Positions 10,401 to 19,218 of a DNA stretch of 64,000 nucleotides are shown here, piece after piece (the stretch's first letter is position 1; each line of letters begins with the position of its first letter). The stretch covers positions 32,001-96,000 of IMG/VR virus record IMGVR_UViG_3300044712_000833. One strand, written 5' to 3'. The translations under genes were made by a program, and so were the position numbers. The notes beneath the pieces are model-generated. The model was not told where the DNA came from, made no database searches, and was given only the letters and a program-made list of their open reading frames with translations. Origin of the DNA: a virus.

Positions 10401-11640
10401 TTCATTTGTTGACATGCAAGGAAAAGCGTTGAATAGCACAGAGGCTATATATAAGTACTTAACCTCTGGAGATGCGGCATTTAATGATTTTGTCCGTCAA
10501 GCAGCTAATATCACTGGAATGAGTGTTCAACAAATAATGCAACAAATAAATATGATGTTGCTTAAGACACAGCAAAACGCATATGCTGTTGAAAATAGTC
10601 TTAGAGGAATGTCAGGAGTTGCTTATGGTGGTGGTGGTAATTATGACCCTCTTAGATATGCTATTCCAACACAACAATCAACCATAGATACCGACCTTGG
10701 GATATTTACTCCAGCCCCTTCTGGTTATCAATATCCGGGTGGACTTTCTGATTATTCTGGTGGTGGAGGAGGGACATCATCTCAAAACGCAGAATTAGAA
10801 CAACAAAGAGACTTAGAAAAGCAAATTCAAGAAATAGAAAAGCAAATTGAAGATGCCCGTAAAAACGCAGTTGATGATTTAAAAGATCAATTGGATGTAT
10901 ATAAAGATATAATTGATGCAAGAAAAGAAATCATAGATACTTTAGCAGATGAAAGAGCCTATCAACAAGACGTTGAAAATAAAAACAAAGAAATACTCAG
11001 GGTTCAAAATGAATTAGCGACTCTTCAATTTGATACGTCGGAAGAAGCTAACGCTAGAAGACTTGAACTTCAAGATGAGTTATCTAATCTCAATCAAGAT
11101 TTAGAAAATATTCAATACGATCAATCTGTTGAGGTTCAGAAAAAAGCTTTAGACGATGAATACAGTTCTTTTGAAAGTAAAATAAACTCTATGATTAAGC
11201 AAATAGAAGGTATTCAGGCAACTAGCGTTTCAGATTTCGCAAATCAATTGTCTTCTATAATGGCATCTCTTTCAACTCCACCTAAAGGTTCTTCCTTTGA
11301 TCACAATACAACTCCTACTTTTCATGAAGGAGGTGTAGTCGGAAAAGGGATGTCTTTGAAGAGTAATGAAATGTTTGCAAAGCTTTTGAAGGGTGAAGTT
11401 GTTTCTACTCCTAACCAAATAGACACATTTATGAACAAAACTCTTCCTCAAATGATAGATGGAACATCTAATTTTGCTGGAGGAAACATTGAGTTAAACA
11501 TGCCAGTGAACATAAACGGAAATGCAGGAGACTCAATAATTCCAGATTTAGATAAGTTTGCAGAAAAACTTTTGACTAGACTTCAACAAATGATGAATCA
11601 ACGTGGTTGGAATAGACGCGGAGATTTATTCCAAATGTAA
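7438..11640 (+). CDS. Tail tape measure protein
   Basis: 1400 aa helical/coiled-coil with TP901-type core (LGATTLEVAKG...WFRQG, ESIGESFKTMFAR), FHEGG motif near C-terminus. Confidence 0.9.
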   Translation: MAGNNYKLLLEAQLDPQKIQAQINALSNKSVMNIKMDFAQGDMAKFEAELEKIKTKASSIGKVTLFGSEKDGVTGINRAVVEYKDALGNVVQEYLQINSEVAITQKYTENIAKDKKEILALETKSLALEKKQADEMERAGKEADLFLAKSKNLASTPSVQAAIGKATDLKNAVSEGDIAKVRKFKDELDLAKAALQTGRTGLDSWSEGMRNAIKQTIEYATSVGLVYGALSQLREGIQYLTDLDKQMTAIQVVTGYTDEQIGKLSLQFNGLAKDLGATTLEVAKGSTEWFRQGKTIEETSQLMESSMMMSKLANMDSAQSTEYLTSIINGFKLEAQDTQDVISKLVSLDNEFATSTSEIASAMQRSSVSAQQAGVSMEELASMITVVSDVSRRAPESIGESFKTMFARYQDILSGQVDEEGMGINNVGKALERVGVSIRDVDGGFRDFGDVLDDLYPKWHSLNEVEQANILKALAGTRQRESLLVLLENETKYRKALTVQMESEGLAAERYATYLDSVEAAQNRAKSSIEKLWMTTTNSDVIKNFYNITAAILESVDAMGGLVPLLTTVGAAYLAFSGKITSASLAMAMSKISIDGIILSIYDLGVAIDTLLISNPVGWAILLVGGIVMIANAIPTTIERLDTLNEKFKTIQNEIKKVSQESNKISELANKFEELSKIKNKDAQQTQDWIDVQNQLKEMMPSLIGHYDEYGNFIIQDTDAIAGLIDQTERLIEVQKRLDELKSEAEETSSKRAGLLEKLYNESQTEFLRGTGAVKSQEQIKESVELYKEALEKEKGTFQLMGYQSQLAYIEGLKNPDLKQLFIDYQNDLYQSYANQASSGRLTGLAAMYGEYPTPPLEEYAGFSETISKLNSQFSDLNSLIEKSSSSQLEFSDIQKIPEEYLDALSVENGQLRLNVDLIKEKQVAEAEAAYKSAVAAGESEKYTEVLRLYYEQLKESQNIMLNGVEVTAGAFNQLAWSIAQNAAMSGNSFVDMQGKALNSTEAIYKYLTSGDAAFNDFVRQAANITGMSVQQIMQQINMMLLKTQQNAYAVENSLRGMSGVAYGGGGNYDPLRYAIPTQQSTIDTDLGIFTPAPSGYQYPGGLSDYSGGGGGTSSQNAELEQQRDLEKQIQEIEKQIEDARKNAVDDLKDQLDVYKDIIDARKEIIDTLADERAYQQDVENKNKEILRVQNELATLQFDTSEEANARRLELQDELSNLNQDLENIQYDQSVEVQKKALDDEYSSFESKINSMIKQIEGIQATSVSDFANQLSSIMASLSTPPKGSSFDHNTTPTFHEGGVVGKGMSLKSNEMFAKLLKGEVVSTPNQIDTFMNKTLPQMIDGTSNFAGGNIELNMPVNINGNAGDSIIPDLDKFAEKLLTRLQQMMNQRGWNRRGDLFQM

Positions 11641-11647
11641 TACACCT

Positions 11648-11683
11648 AATAAAAGAAGAGATATAAAAATCTCTTCTTTTATT
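11648..11683. terminator. 15-bp inverted repeat, probable terminator
   Basis: AATAAAAGAAGAGAT/ATCTCTTCTTTTATT after tape measure stop. Confidence 0.55.
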
Positions 11684-11700
11684 TTAGAAAGGAGAAATAA

Positions 11701-12504
11701 ATGAGCTTTTACGGAAAGTCTTTCCTGTATGATTCAACTCCAAGTGAGTTATATGGGTTGTACATTGCTAACATTGACGCAAATGCTGTGAATGCTTCTA
11801 TGGGTTCTTCGTCTATGGATATTTATGAGAAGAAAATATTTAGAAAAGCTACACCATATTTTTATGGAAGCACGCCCTCTCCGAAGCTTGAATTCGAATT
11901 TTCAGCGTTTGCAGAGCAAGAGCTAGATGCTACCCAGTTTGAGTTAATTCAGAAGTGGTTATTTTCTTCTCGAACATATAAGAGATTTGCAATCGATCAA
12001 CCTGATATTCAAAATATATATTTTAATGCAATTTTAAATGATCCTAAAATACAGCGTGTAGGAAATTTCATTCAAGGATTTAGTTGTACAGTAACTTGCG
12101 ATAGTCCTTTTGCATATCGCTATCCTCAAACAACGACATATACATATACTTCATCTGTTGTGGATTCAACAGAGGTTTATTATAACATGTCTGATGATAC
12201 TGGTGATTATTTATATCCCACTCAGTTAATTATTACTATGAACAATACTGATGGAGAAGTTAGTATTACAAACTTAGATGATAATAATCGAATTATGAGT
12301 TTTACTGGTGTTCAACCGAATGAAATATTAACTGTTAGTCCGTTATATCAAACTATTGAATCCTCAACAGGACTCAAACGAATGGGAAATTTTAATAAAA
12401 AGTTTCTACGATTAGTTCCCAATAAAAATAGACTTAGAATTCAAGGAAATGTTGAATCAATAGTAATGATAAATCAATGGGTAGCGAAAAAAATTTCCGG
12501 GTAG
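11701..12504 (+). CDS. Distal tail protein (Dit)
   Basis: Immediately after tape measure; CDSPFAY motif; FLRLVPNKNRLRI C-terminus. Confidence 0.75.
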   Translation: MSFYGKSFLYDSTPSELYGLYIANIDANAVNASMGSSSMDIYEKKIFRKATPYFYGSTPSPKLEFEFSAFAEQELDATQFELIQKWLFSSRTYKRFAIDQPDIQNIYFNAILNDPKIQRVGNFIQGFSCTVTCDSPFAYRYPQTTTYTYTSSVVDSTEVYYNMSDDTGDYLYPTQLIITMNNTDGEVSITNLDDNNRIMSFTGVQPNEILTVSPLYQTIESSTGLKRMGNFNKKFLRLVPNKNRLRIQGNVESIVMINQWVAKKISG

Positions 12505-12512
12505 GAGGTTAA

Positions 12513-15230
12513 ATGGAACAACAATTTGATAAATTTGGCGTACCAGAAACTCCTTATATAATTTTATGTAATCCAGATAAAAGCGAACTTTACTCGCTTG
12601 GTCTTGCATATGACACGAAAATAACAAAAAGATTTAATGCAATTAGTGAATTTACATTTACATTTCCTAAAAGTATTGATGGTGGTCAAACAAATCTAAC
12701 AGCGTATGACTATATTCAAAGCAAAAGATTAATTTTGATTGAGAATTATGGGTATTTTCAAATCATTGATCCAGACGAAGACCTCGATGGCGCAACCCCA
12801 TTAAAAAAAGCAAAATGTCAATCTTTAGAAATAGAATTAGTTTCAAAAAGAGTGACGGCATATGGCGGAACAAAACCGTTATGGAATCCATTAGACTCTA
12901 CGGATACAGTTTTGGGTGACATGATAGAACTTGCCCCGAATTGGAGCATCGGTCATGTCGATAGTGGTTTTATAGGTGTTTATAGAACATTCAATGTTTC
13001 AGACACCAATGTTTACAATTTCTTGACAAACGATGTTTCTAAGGCATTCGAAGCTGTTTTTATATTTGATACTTTCACCAGAACAATTAATGTTTACGAA
13101 TTATCTAACGCAACAACTCAAACTGATATATTTTTAAGTTTTGATAATGTAATATCCTCTGCTGAATTCAATGAAAAATCAGACGAAGTAACAACCGTTC
13201 TTAGTGTATATGGTGGTGGTGTTCTAAATATCAGAAACGTAAATCCATTAGGTACAGATAAGATTTATAACTTTTCTTATTATCAAAATACAAGTTGGAT
13301 GTCTCAAGGGCTTGTTGACGCTTTAGAATCTTGGGATATAGTTGTTGATACCCAACAACCTTTATACGCTGATGGGCTTACTCTTCTTCAAACATATAAC
13401 GCTGAATTATTAGTTTTACAGGCGGACTTGGCAGATTTAGAATCTGAATATCTTGCTCTTGAAGGTGTAAAAGCAGTTAGAATTCAAGCGAACGAAGATT
13501 TATCTTCCATAAATTCTCAACTTGCCGCAAAACAATTAGAAATAGATAATCAAAACACGCTTATATCGAATAAAGAAAATCAGATAGCAGACGTTACATC
13601 CGATCTTCAATCTATTACAAATCTAGTTTCGTTTGAGACTAATTTCACCCCAGAACAATTACTTGAACTAAATAATTTTATGTTTGAAAATACATATAAA
13701 AACGAAAACATTATTCAAACAGATTCCATGAATCCAGTTGAAATTCAAACTCAAGCCCAATCCTTATATAATCAAGCGCAAAACGTTTTAAGTAGAATTT
13801 CTCAATCTAGATATGAGTTTTCTCTTGATGCCATAAATTATATAGACCTTCAAGAGTTTTCTGTTTTTACAAGTCAAACTGAAATGGGATCAGAAATAAC
13901 TGTTGAGTTGGAAAATGATATTTATATTACGGCAGTTTTATTGGAGTTAGAAGTTCAATTGGATAATCCCGAAAATTTCTCAATGACCTTTAGTAACAGA
14001 CTAAGACTTGATAACGGTTCATTTATGTATTCTGATTTAATGGGTCAAGTTGTAAAAACTGGGTCTGCCGTTTCTTTTGATTCTTTAAAATGGAGTAATT
14101 GGGAAAACGATTATAAAGACGAAGTTACTACTTTCATAACATCTTCTTTAAATGCGGCTGTAAATAATTTAGTTAGTAGTGATAACCAAGACATTCTAAT
14201 AAATCAAAATGGATTGAGAGCAAGACAATGGAATGAATCCACATCTTCTTATGATGATAAGCAAATGTGGATGGTTAACAACATGCTTGCTTTTTCCGAT
14301 GATGGATTTCAAACAGCAAAACTAGCTCTTGGGGAAATAACTCTTCAGGGTGGAGGTAGTGCTTTTGGTCTCGTTGGGGAAGTCGTTGTTGGAAAACTGC
14401 TTGCTGGTAATACATTAACGATAGCAAATGGGGCTAATAATTTTGTTCTTGACGAAACAGGAGCTACATTAAATAACGCTAAATTTAGTATCCAGACCAT
14501 CAATACAAAAATAAATATTGACCCAACTGCAACCAATGTTTTTTCAATTCAGAAAAATGAAGGTGGAACATTCAATAACAAGTTTTGGGTGGATAACAGT
14601 GGTAATGTGAATTTTTCAGGAACATTGAGTGGTGCTAACGGAAGTTTTTCTGGAACATTAACCGCGACAGCAGGTTCTATTGGTGGATTAACTATTAACT
14701 CTCAGGGGATACAGAAAGATAATAATAATTACATTAGAAGTAACGGAGATTTAAAGTGGGGTAGTTTGAGTATTACAGGATCAACGGCAACGTTCTCTGG
14801 GGATATATTTGCTAATAAATTAGTTGGAACTGTTGATTGGTCTCAAATTGTAAACGCTCCTCTCCCAACTGACAGGTTTAACACAGGAAGCGGGTATTCC
14901 GCTAGTGGAATTACAACTAATTCGATGTCTGGAAGTAGAGTTTTTGGCGGAACTATAGCCGGATCAGGTATGACTATTTCTTTGACTGGAACCGGAGTCC
15001 CTACAATTCAAGCTAATAACGGTATAACGTTAGGTGTTGCAGGAGCTTATTCTATTAATGTTGGCAACCCAATTGTTCAAACTTCAACTTTTATTGGAGG
15101 AAATTTACAAGTAACAGATAATATCTACGTTAGTGGTGGGACTGGACTAACGACAAGCAGAAGCGTTAGTACCCCCATAGGAACAAGAGTTATGACATTT
15201 TCACACGGAGTACTGGTTGGTTTTAGTTAA
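12513..15230 (+). CDS. Tail hub/Tal-like baseplate protein with coiled coil and beta-rich C-terminus
   Basis: Follows Dit; NVNPLGTDKIYNFSYY motif; G/S/T-rich C-terminal repeats. Confidence 0.7.
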   Translation: MEQQFDKFGVPETPYIILCNPDKSELYSLGLAYDTKITKRFNAISEFTFTFPKSIDGGQTNLTAYDYIQSKRLILIENYGYFQIIDPDEDLDGATPLKKAKCQSLEIELVSKRVTAYGGTKPLWNPLDSTDTVLGDMIELAPNWSIGHVDSGFIGVYRTFNVSDTNVYNFLTNDVSKAFEAVFIFDTFTRTINVYELSNATTQTDIFLSFDNVISSAEFNEKSDEVTTVLSVYGGGVLNIRNVNPLGTDKIYNFSYYQNTSWMSQGLVDALESWDIVVDTQQPLYADGLTLLQTYNAELLVLQADLADLESEYLALEGVKAVRIQANEDLSSINSQLAAKQLEIDNQNTLISNKENQIADVTSDLQSITNLVSFETNFTPEQLLELNNFMFENTYKNENIIQTDSMNPVEIQTQAQSLYNQAQNVLSRISQSRYEFSLDAINYIDLQEFSVFTSQTEMGSEITVELENDIYITAVLLELEVQLDNPENFSMTFSNRLRLDNGSFMYSDLMGQVVKTGSAVSFDSLKWSNWENDYKDEVTTFITSSLNAAVNNLVSSDNQDILINQNGLRARQWNESTSSYDDKQMWMVNNMLAFSDDGFQTAKLALGEITLQGGGSAFGLVGEVVVGKLLAGNTLTIANGANNFVLDETGATLNNAKFSIQTINTKINIDPTATNVFSIQKNEGGTFNNKFWVDNSGNVNFSGTLSGANGSFSGTLTATAGSIGGLTINSQGIQKDNNNYIRSNGDLKWGSLSITGSTATFSGDIFANKLVGTVDWSQIVNAPLPTDRFNTGSGYSASGITTNSMSGSRVFGGTIAGSGMTISLTGTGVPTIQANNGITLGVAGAYSINVGNPIVQTSTFIGGNLQVTDNIYVSGGTGLTTSRSVSTPIGTRVMTFSHGVLVGFS

Positions 15231-15241
15231 AGGAGAAATAA

Positions 15242-15463
15242 ATGATATATTTAGTTAATAAAATAAAAAAAAGAAATATTTCAGATGAAGGAATTGAATA
15301 TTTTCCTGTAGTTTTATTTGCAGAAGCAGATAATCTTTTAGAAGCTAGTGAAAAAATAATAGATTTTTTAAAGAACTGCAATAATTCATACAGAATGGAT
15401 GATGGCGGATTTTTTATAGCTTTATATCAAATGGCAGAGGAAGTTGAAGTACTAATAAAATGA
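15242..15463 (+). CDS. Hypothetical protein
   Basis: AAGGAG RBS, 73 aa. Confidence 0.5.
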   Translation: MIYLVNKIKKRNISDEGIEYFPVVLFAEADNLLEASEKIIDFLKNCNNSYRMDDGGFFIALYQMAEEVEVLIK

Positions 15464-15771
15464 AAAATAAAACTTTGTTTTTTATTTTCAGTTTTTTGTT
15501 TATTTTAAGTCTTTTTGGATTTATAAAGAACAGATTTGAAAATAATTTTATCTATTTGTATGGAGAAAAACAAAAAGTAGAAGACGTTGCTTATATGTAT
15601 TGGTATCCAGAAGATAGTTTAGAGAATGTATCTTATTATAAATTTAAAAAAGAAACTATTCTTTATTGTAAACAAGAAATTGGAAACTATATGCTTTGCG
15701 CTTGGAAATTTTCTTTATTTCAAGAGCCTTTATTTGGATGGATAAAAATGGAGAAATTGAAGAATGAGTAG
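15460..15771 (+). CDS. Hypothetical protein with N-terminal signal/TM segment
   Basis: Hydrophobic N-terminus; ATGA overlap with upstream stop. Confidence 0.5.
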   Translation: MKNKTLFFIFSFLFILSLFGFIKNRFENNFIYLYGEKQKVEDVAYMYWYPEDSLENVSYYKFKKETILYCKQEIGNYMLCAWKFSLFQEPLFGWIKMEKLKNE

Positions 15772-15961
15772 ATATATAAAAATAGATAAGGGTTTTCAAG
15801 AAATACTTGATAAGATAAATTTTAATTTATCTTTAATTGAGGTAAAGGGAGAATCTGTAATGTACTTATTTAATGGCAGAATGCTCCTTCAACAACTTCT
15901 AGAGAAACCAATAGATGAAGAAGAAATTATAAAAGAAAAAGAATTCAAAAAGGAGGAATAA
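15764..15961 (+). CDS. Hypothetical protein
   Basis: Overlap-coupled with both neighbours. Confidence 0.5.
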   Translation: MSRYIKIDKGFQEILDKINFNLSLIEVKGESVMYLFNGRMLLQQLLEKPIDEEEIIKEKEFKKEE

Positions 15962-16320
15962 TGGTTCAAACTTACACAATATATGCCCAAATAAACTCAT
16001 TAGAAGAATTTGGTTTTATTGCTGGAACCTCATTTACATTAAATTACAATGTATACGAACAAGACGGCGTTACTCCTTTAGATATGGGCGGTGCAACTTT
16101 TAAATGGGTTTTGAGTCCATATGGTCAAAATTATAGTGTTCTTGAAAAAACGGGGGTAATTACAGGAGTGGGAACGGCAGAAGTTCAATTAGATACTATA
16201 GATACATTGACTCTTTCGGGAAAATATATTCAACAGCCAGTGGTTGTTTCTTTTAGTGGTGAAGAGTATCGTCCCGGTCAAGGTGTTATACTTTTTGTAC
16301 CTCAGACTCCGTTGGCTTAA
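15961..16320 (+). CDS. Baseplate upper protein-like (BppU N-terminal-like) protein
   Basis: Beta-rich 119 aa (VQLDTIDTLTLSGKYIQQ) in the tail-tip region. Confidence 0.45.
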   Translation: MVQTYTIYAQINSLEEFGFIAGTSFTLNYNVYEQDGVTPLDMGGATFKWVLSPYGQNYSVLEKTGVITGVGTAEVQLDTIDTLTLSGKYIQQPVVVSFSGEEYRPGQGVILFVPQTPLA

Positions 16321-16324
16321 CTCC

Positions 16325-16353
16325 TTGACAAAATAATGCTTTTATGGTAGAAT
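16325..16353 (+). promoter_or_regulatory. Sigma70-type promoter
   Basis: TTGACA-17 bp-TAGAAT with TG extension. Confidence 0.75.
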
Positions 16354-16357
16354 ATTT

Positions 16358-16415
16358 TTGGTAGATAGGGAATCTAGACCTGATAAGAACGTAATCCCAA
16401 ACGTTCTTCTACCAA
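16358..16415 (+). ncRNA. Structured RNA element related to 2096-2160
   Basis: TTGGTAGA/TCTACCAA closing stem, TAG...TGATAAG core, AAGAACGT/ACGTTCTT hairpin. Confidence 0.55.
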
Positions 16416-16426
16416 TTTTATTTTCT

Positions 16427-16477
16427 TTTGATAATATAGAAAACATTTTAGAGAAAATACTATCTGAGTTGAGATAG
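16427..16477 (+). pseudogene. C-terminal remnant of a deleted endonuclease gene
   Basis: Translates FDNIENILEKILSELR*, matching YDNIEKILEETLQELERS* of ORF 2187-3098. Confidence 0.65.
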
Positions 16478-16507
16478 TGTTTTTTATTTTAAGGAGGATT
16501 TTAAATA

Positions 16508-16915
16508 ATGGCTATTACATATTACAGCGCAAATAGAATTTTAGATTATAACTTCGGAGGAACCTCGTACTCTGTTCCAAGTTCCTTTTACTTTTGTTTA
16601 TCTACAACTACCATCAATATTGATGGATCGGGGGCAACTGAACCTTCGGGTGGAGCTTATGCTAGAGTTGCTTTGACTAATAACAAGACCAACTGGGGCA
16701 ACGCTTCAAACGCCGTACTAACAAATTCAACAGCGGTTCAGTTTGCCGAGTCCACCTCTTCATGGGGTACGATAACTTATGTTTTCTTAAGCGATGCCTC
16801 TTCAGCAGGAAATGTCTGGTATTATGATGCTTTATCACCGGCACGAACAGTCGCCTCGGCAACTACGGTTTTATTCGCTATTGGCGCAATAACCGTTCAA
16901 ATGACAAACAGCTAG
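16508..16915 (+). CDS. Tail fibre-associated structural protein
   Basis: EPSGGAYARV...WGTITY motif seen in phage tail proteins; AAGGAGG RBS. Confidence 0.65.
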   Translation: MAITYYSANRILDYNFGGTSYSVPSSFYFCLSTTTINIDGSGATEPSGGAYARVALTNNKTNWGNASNAVLTNSTAVQFAESTSSWGTITYVFLSDASSAGNVWYYDALSPARTVASATTVLFAIGAITVQMTNS

Positions 16916-16924
16916 GAGTCTAAA

Positions 16925-17413
16925 ATGACTCCTCCTGTCAATCAAAAAACATTCAATTTAGTAAATCGAATTTCCAAATCTTTTGATTTAATAATAGATA
17001 ATTTTGCTTATGCGGCAACATTGTTATTTAGAATAGCTTTTAAGATAACACTTACTTTTTCTCCTAAGTTTTTAATTGGATTTGTATCAATCATCAACTT
17101 AAGAAGAATTAAATTAATTATATCTCAAATGAAACTTCGGGTATCTATAACACAAACGATTAATGCTAGAAGAGTTAGAATTCTATACATAATGAAAGAA
17201 AGAGCTAGTTTATCATTAATCAATTATATTAGATTAAGAATTACAGCGACTACTAAAGCTATTCAAAAAGCAATAACAAATATAATTATTAAAAAGGTTA
17301 CAATTACAGCCGTTCCTATTTTAGCGCAGTTCTTTACTTTGGGTTATTATGATCCCCAAACATTAGGGACGTTAGATGTACTAACTTTAGGTCAAATGGA
17401 TTATACTACTTAG
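16925..17413 (+). CDS. Hypothetical (I/R/K-rich) tail-region protein
   Basis: AGGAG RBS; context. Confidence 0.5.
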   Translation: MTPPVNQKTFNLVNRISKSFDLIIDNFAYAATLLFRIAFKITLTFSPKFLIGFVSIINLRRIKLIISQMKLRVSITQTINARRVRILYIMKERASLSLINYIRLRITATTKAIQKAITNIIIKKVTITAVPILAQFFTLGYYDPQTLGTLDVLTLGQMDYTT

Positions 17414-17425
17414 AAAGGAAAATAA

Positions 17426-19207
17426 ATGTCAACAACTACACCTAATTTAACTTTAACTCTGTACGACTCAACGACAGATCAGGTAGTAACCTTTGCGACT
17501 TTTAGAGCGGTATGGGGCGGAACTGCTACAACATCAAATTTTTATAGAATAGATACTTGGGCTGGAACAGTCAATAGCTCAATATCAACTCTTCAAAACC
17601 AAAGGGGAGCAATCACAGTTTCCGCAGCATATATATCAGCGAACTATTATGAAGCAACTGTCTCATCGATTTCTGCATATACTACTAATATGAATATTTT
17701 GTTGAAGTTAGACACAGATTCCAATGGAACAGTTACATTAAACATAAACTCGTTAGGGACAAAATCTGTAACAAAAGTAAATAGTTCTGGTACTATAGTG
17801 AATATTACTGGAGCAGAACTTCAATCGGGAAGATATTATCTTTTTACATATGATGGTACACAGTGGGTTTGGGTAAATGCTACTTCGGCAGATCAAATAT
17901 ATCACGGTGGAACTTCTGGAAATGTTGTTTTGGTGGCTTCTGATGGTGCTATATCAGATTCTTCCACTCCAGCTACAGTCGTTGGAGGAGCTATTTATAA
18001 CGCAACTGCGAAAACAACCCTTGCTGATGCTGATACAGTTGGTATAACAGACAGCGCGGCTTCCAATGTACTAAAGAAAATTACATGGGCTAATTTCAAG
18101 ACAGCTATCGGAACAGCTTTAGGTGCTATAATAAACGCTCTTACTGCAAAAACCACTCCTGTTGGTGCTGATACGATTGTAATTGGAGATAGCGCAAGCA
18201 CATACGCAAGTAAACAGGTTCTTCTTAGTAATTTATACAAGGCTCTTGGTACAGGAACTCCTTCTGCTTCTACTGCCCTTTTAGGGGATGGATCATGGGG
18301 GAATGTATCTGGGAGCAATTATTACAGCCTTTTATCTAACGGAAAGTTTGTTGTTACTGTTTCATCAAATAATCTTACAGTTGCAATAAAGACATTATCT
18401 GGATCAGACCCTAGTTCTGGCAGTCCAGTTGGAGTGATTATTGGAGGAAATAATGTTAGCATCACTTCTGCTTTGTCTGTTACAGCTAATGCCGCAACAA
18501 ATTGGGCTGGAAGAGGGGGAAGCAAGTTTGCTACCATTGAACAAGATTGGTATGTGTATTTAGGATATAACGCCACCGATGGGGTTACAGTAGGATTTTC
18601 CCCAATTCCTTATGCTACACTGTATTCAGATTTTTCAACTACAAGTACTGCTGAAACTTATTGTAAAATATCAACAATCACAAATGCAACAAGTAGTGAT
18701 CCTTATGTAAACATTGGAAAATTTGGAGCTACTTTATCTGCTGGTGCAGGTTACACATGGACAGTTCCTACTTTTACAAATTCAAATATAACTTATTTTC
18801 CGACTCCGTACTCAAGAGTTTTAACTTATGTTCCTACATTAACAAATGTTACAGCTGGTAACGGAACGCTAACTGGAAGATACTATAGAACTGGTCGAAG
18901 AGTTGATTATGATATAACATTTGTTTTAGGTTCTACTTCTTCTGTTAGTGGTCCTGTTACTATGGATTTACCTACAACTCCAGCAAGTCATGGATCAACA
19001 TATCTCACTAGTGGTACTGCTATAATTAGAGATACCGGAACGGCTCTTTTTAATGGCATTACTCCATTAACTAGTGGGTCTAGTGTGGTTTTGTATGTAT
19101 TTAATGCTTCTGGAACATATGGAGTTCAAACAGCAACTTCTTCAACAGTTCCGATGACATGGACAAATACAGATGAGTTTTCTGTTAGTGGCTTTTATAT
19201 AGAGTAA
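17426..19207 (+). CDS. Tail fibre / receptor-binding protein
   Basis: TTPNLTL start, T/S/G-rich, internal repeat (TAKTT..AD...I.DSA), C-terminal NGTLTGRYYRTG domain. Confidence 0.75.
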   Translation: MSTTTPNLTLTLYDSTTDQVVTFATFRAVWGGTATTSNFYRIDTWAGTVNSSISTLQNQRGAITVSAAYISANYYEATVSSISAYTTNMNILLKLDTDSNGTVTLNINSLGTKSVTKVNSSGTIVNITGAELQSGRYYLFTYDGTQWVWVNATSADQIYHGGTSGNVVLVASDGAISDSSTPATVVGGAIYNATAKTTLADADTVGITDSAASNVLKKITWANFKTAIGTALGAIINALTAKTTPVGADTIVIGDSASTYASKQVLLSNLYKALGTGTPSASTALLGDGSWGNVSGSNYYSLLSNGKFVVTVSSNNLTVAIKTLSGSDPSSGSPVGVIIGGNNVSITSALSVTANAATNWAGRGGSKFATIEQDWYVYLGYNATDGVTVGFSPIPYATLYSDFSTTSTAETYCKISTITNATSSDPYVNIGKFGATLSAGAGYTWTVPTFTNSNITYFPTPYSRVLTYVPTLTNVTAGNGTLTGRYYRTGRRVDYDITFVLGSTSSVSGPVTMDLPTTPASHGSTYLTSGTAIIRDTGTALFNGITPLTSGSSVVLYVFNASGTYGVQTATSSTVPMTWTNTDEFSVSGFYIE

Positions 19208-19218
19208 ACAGGAGAAAA

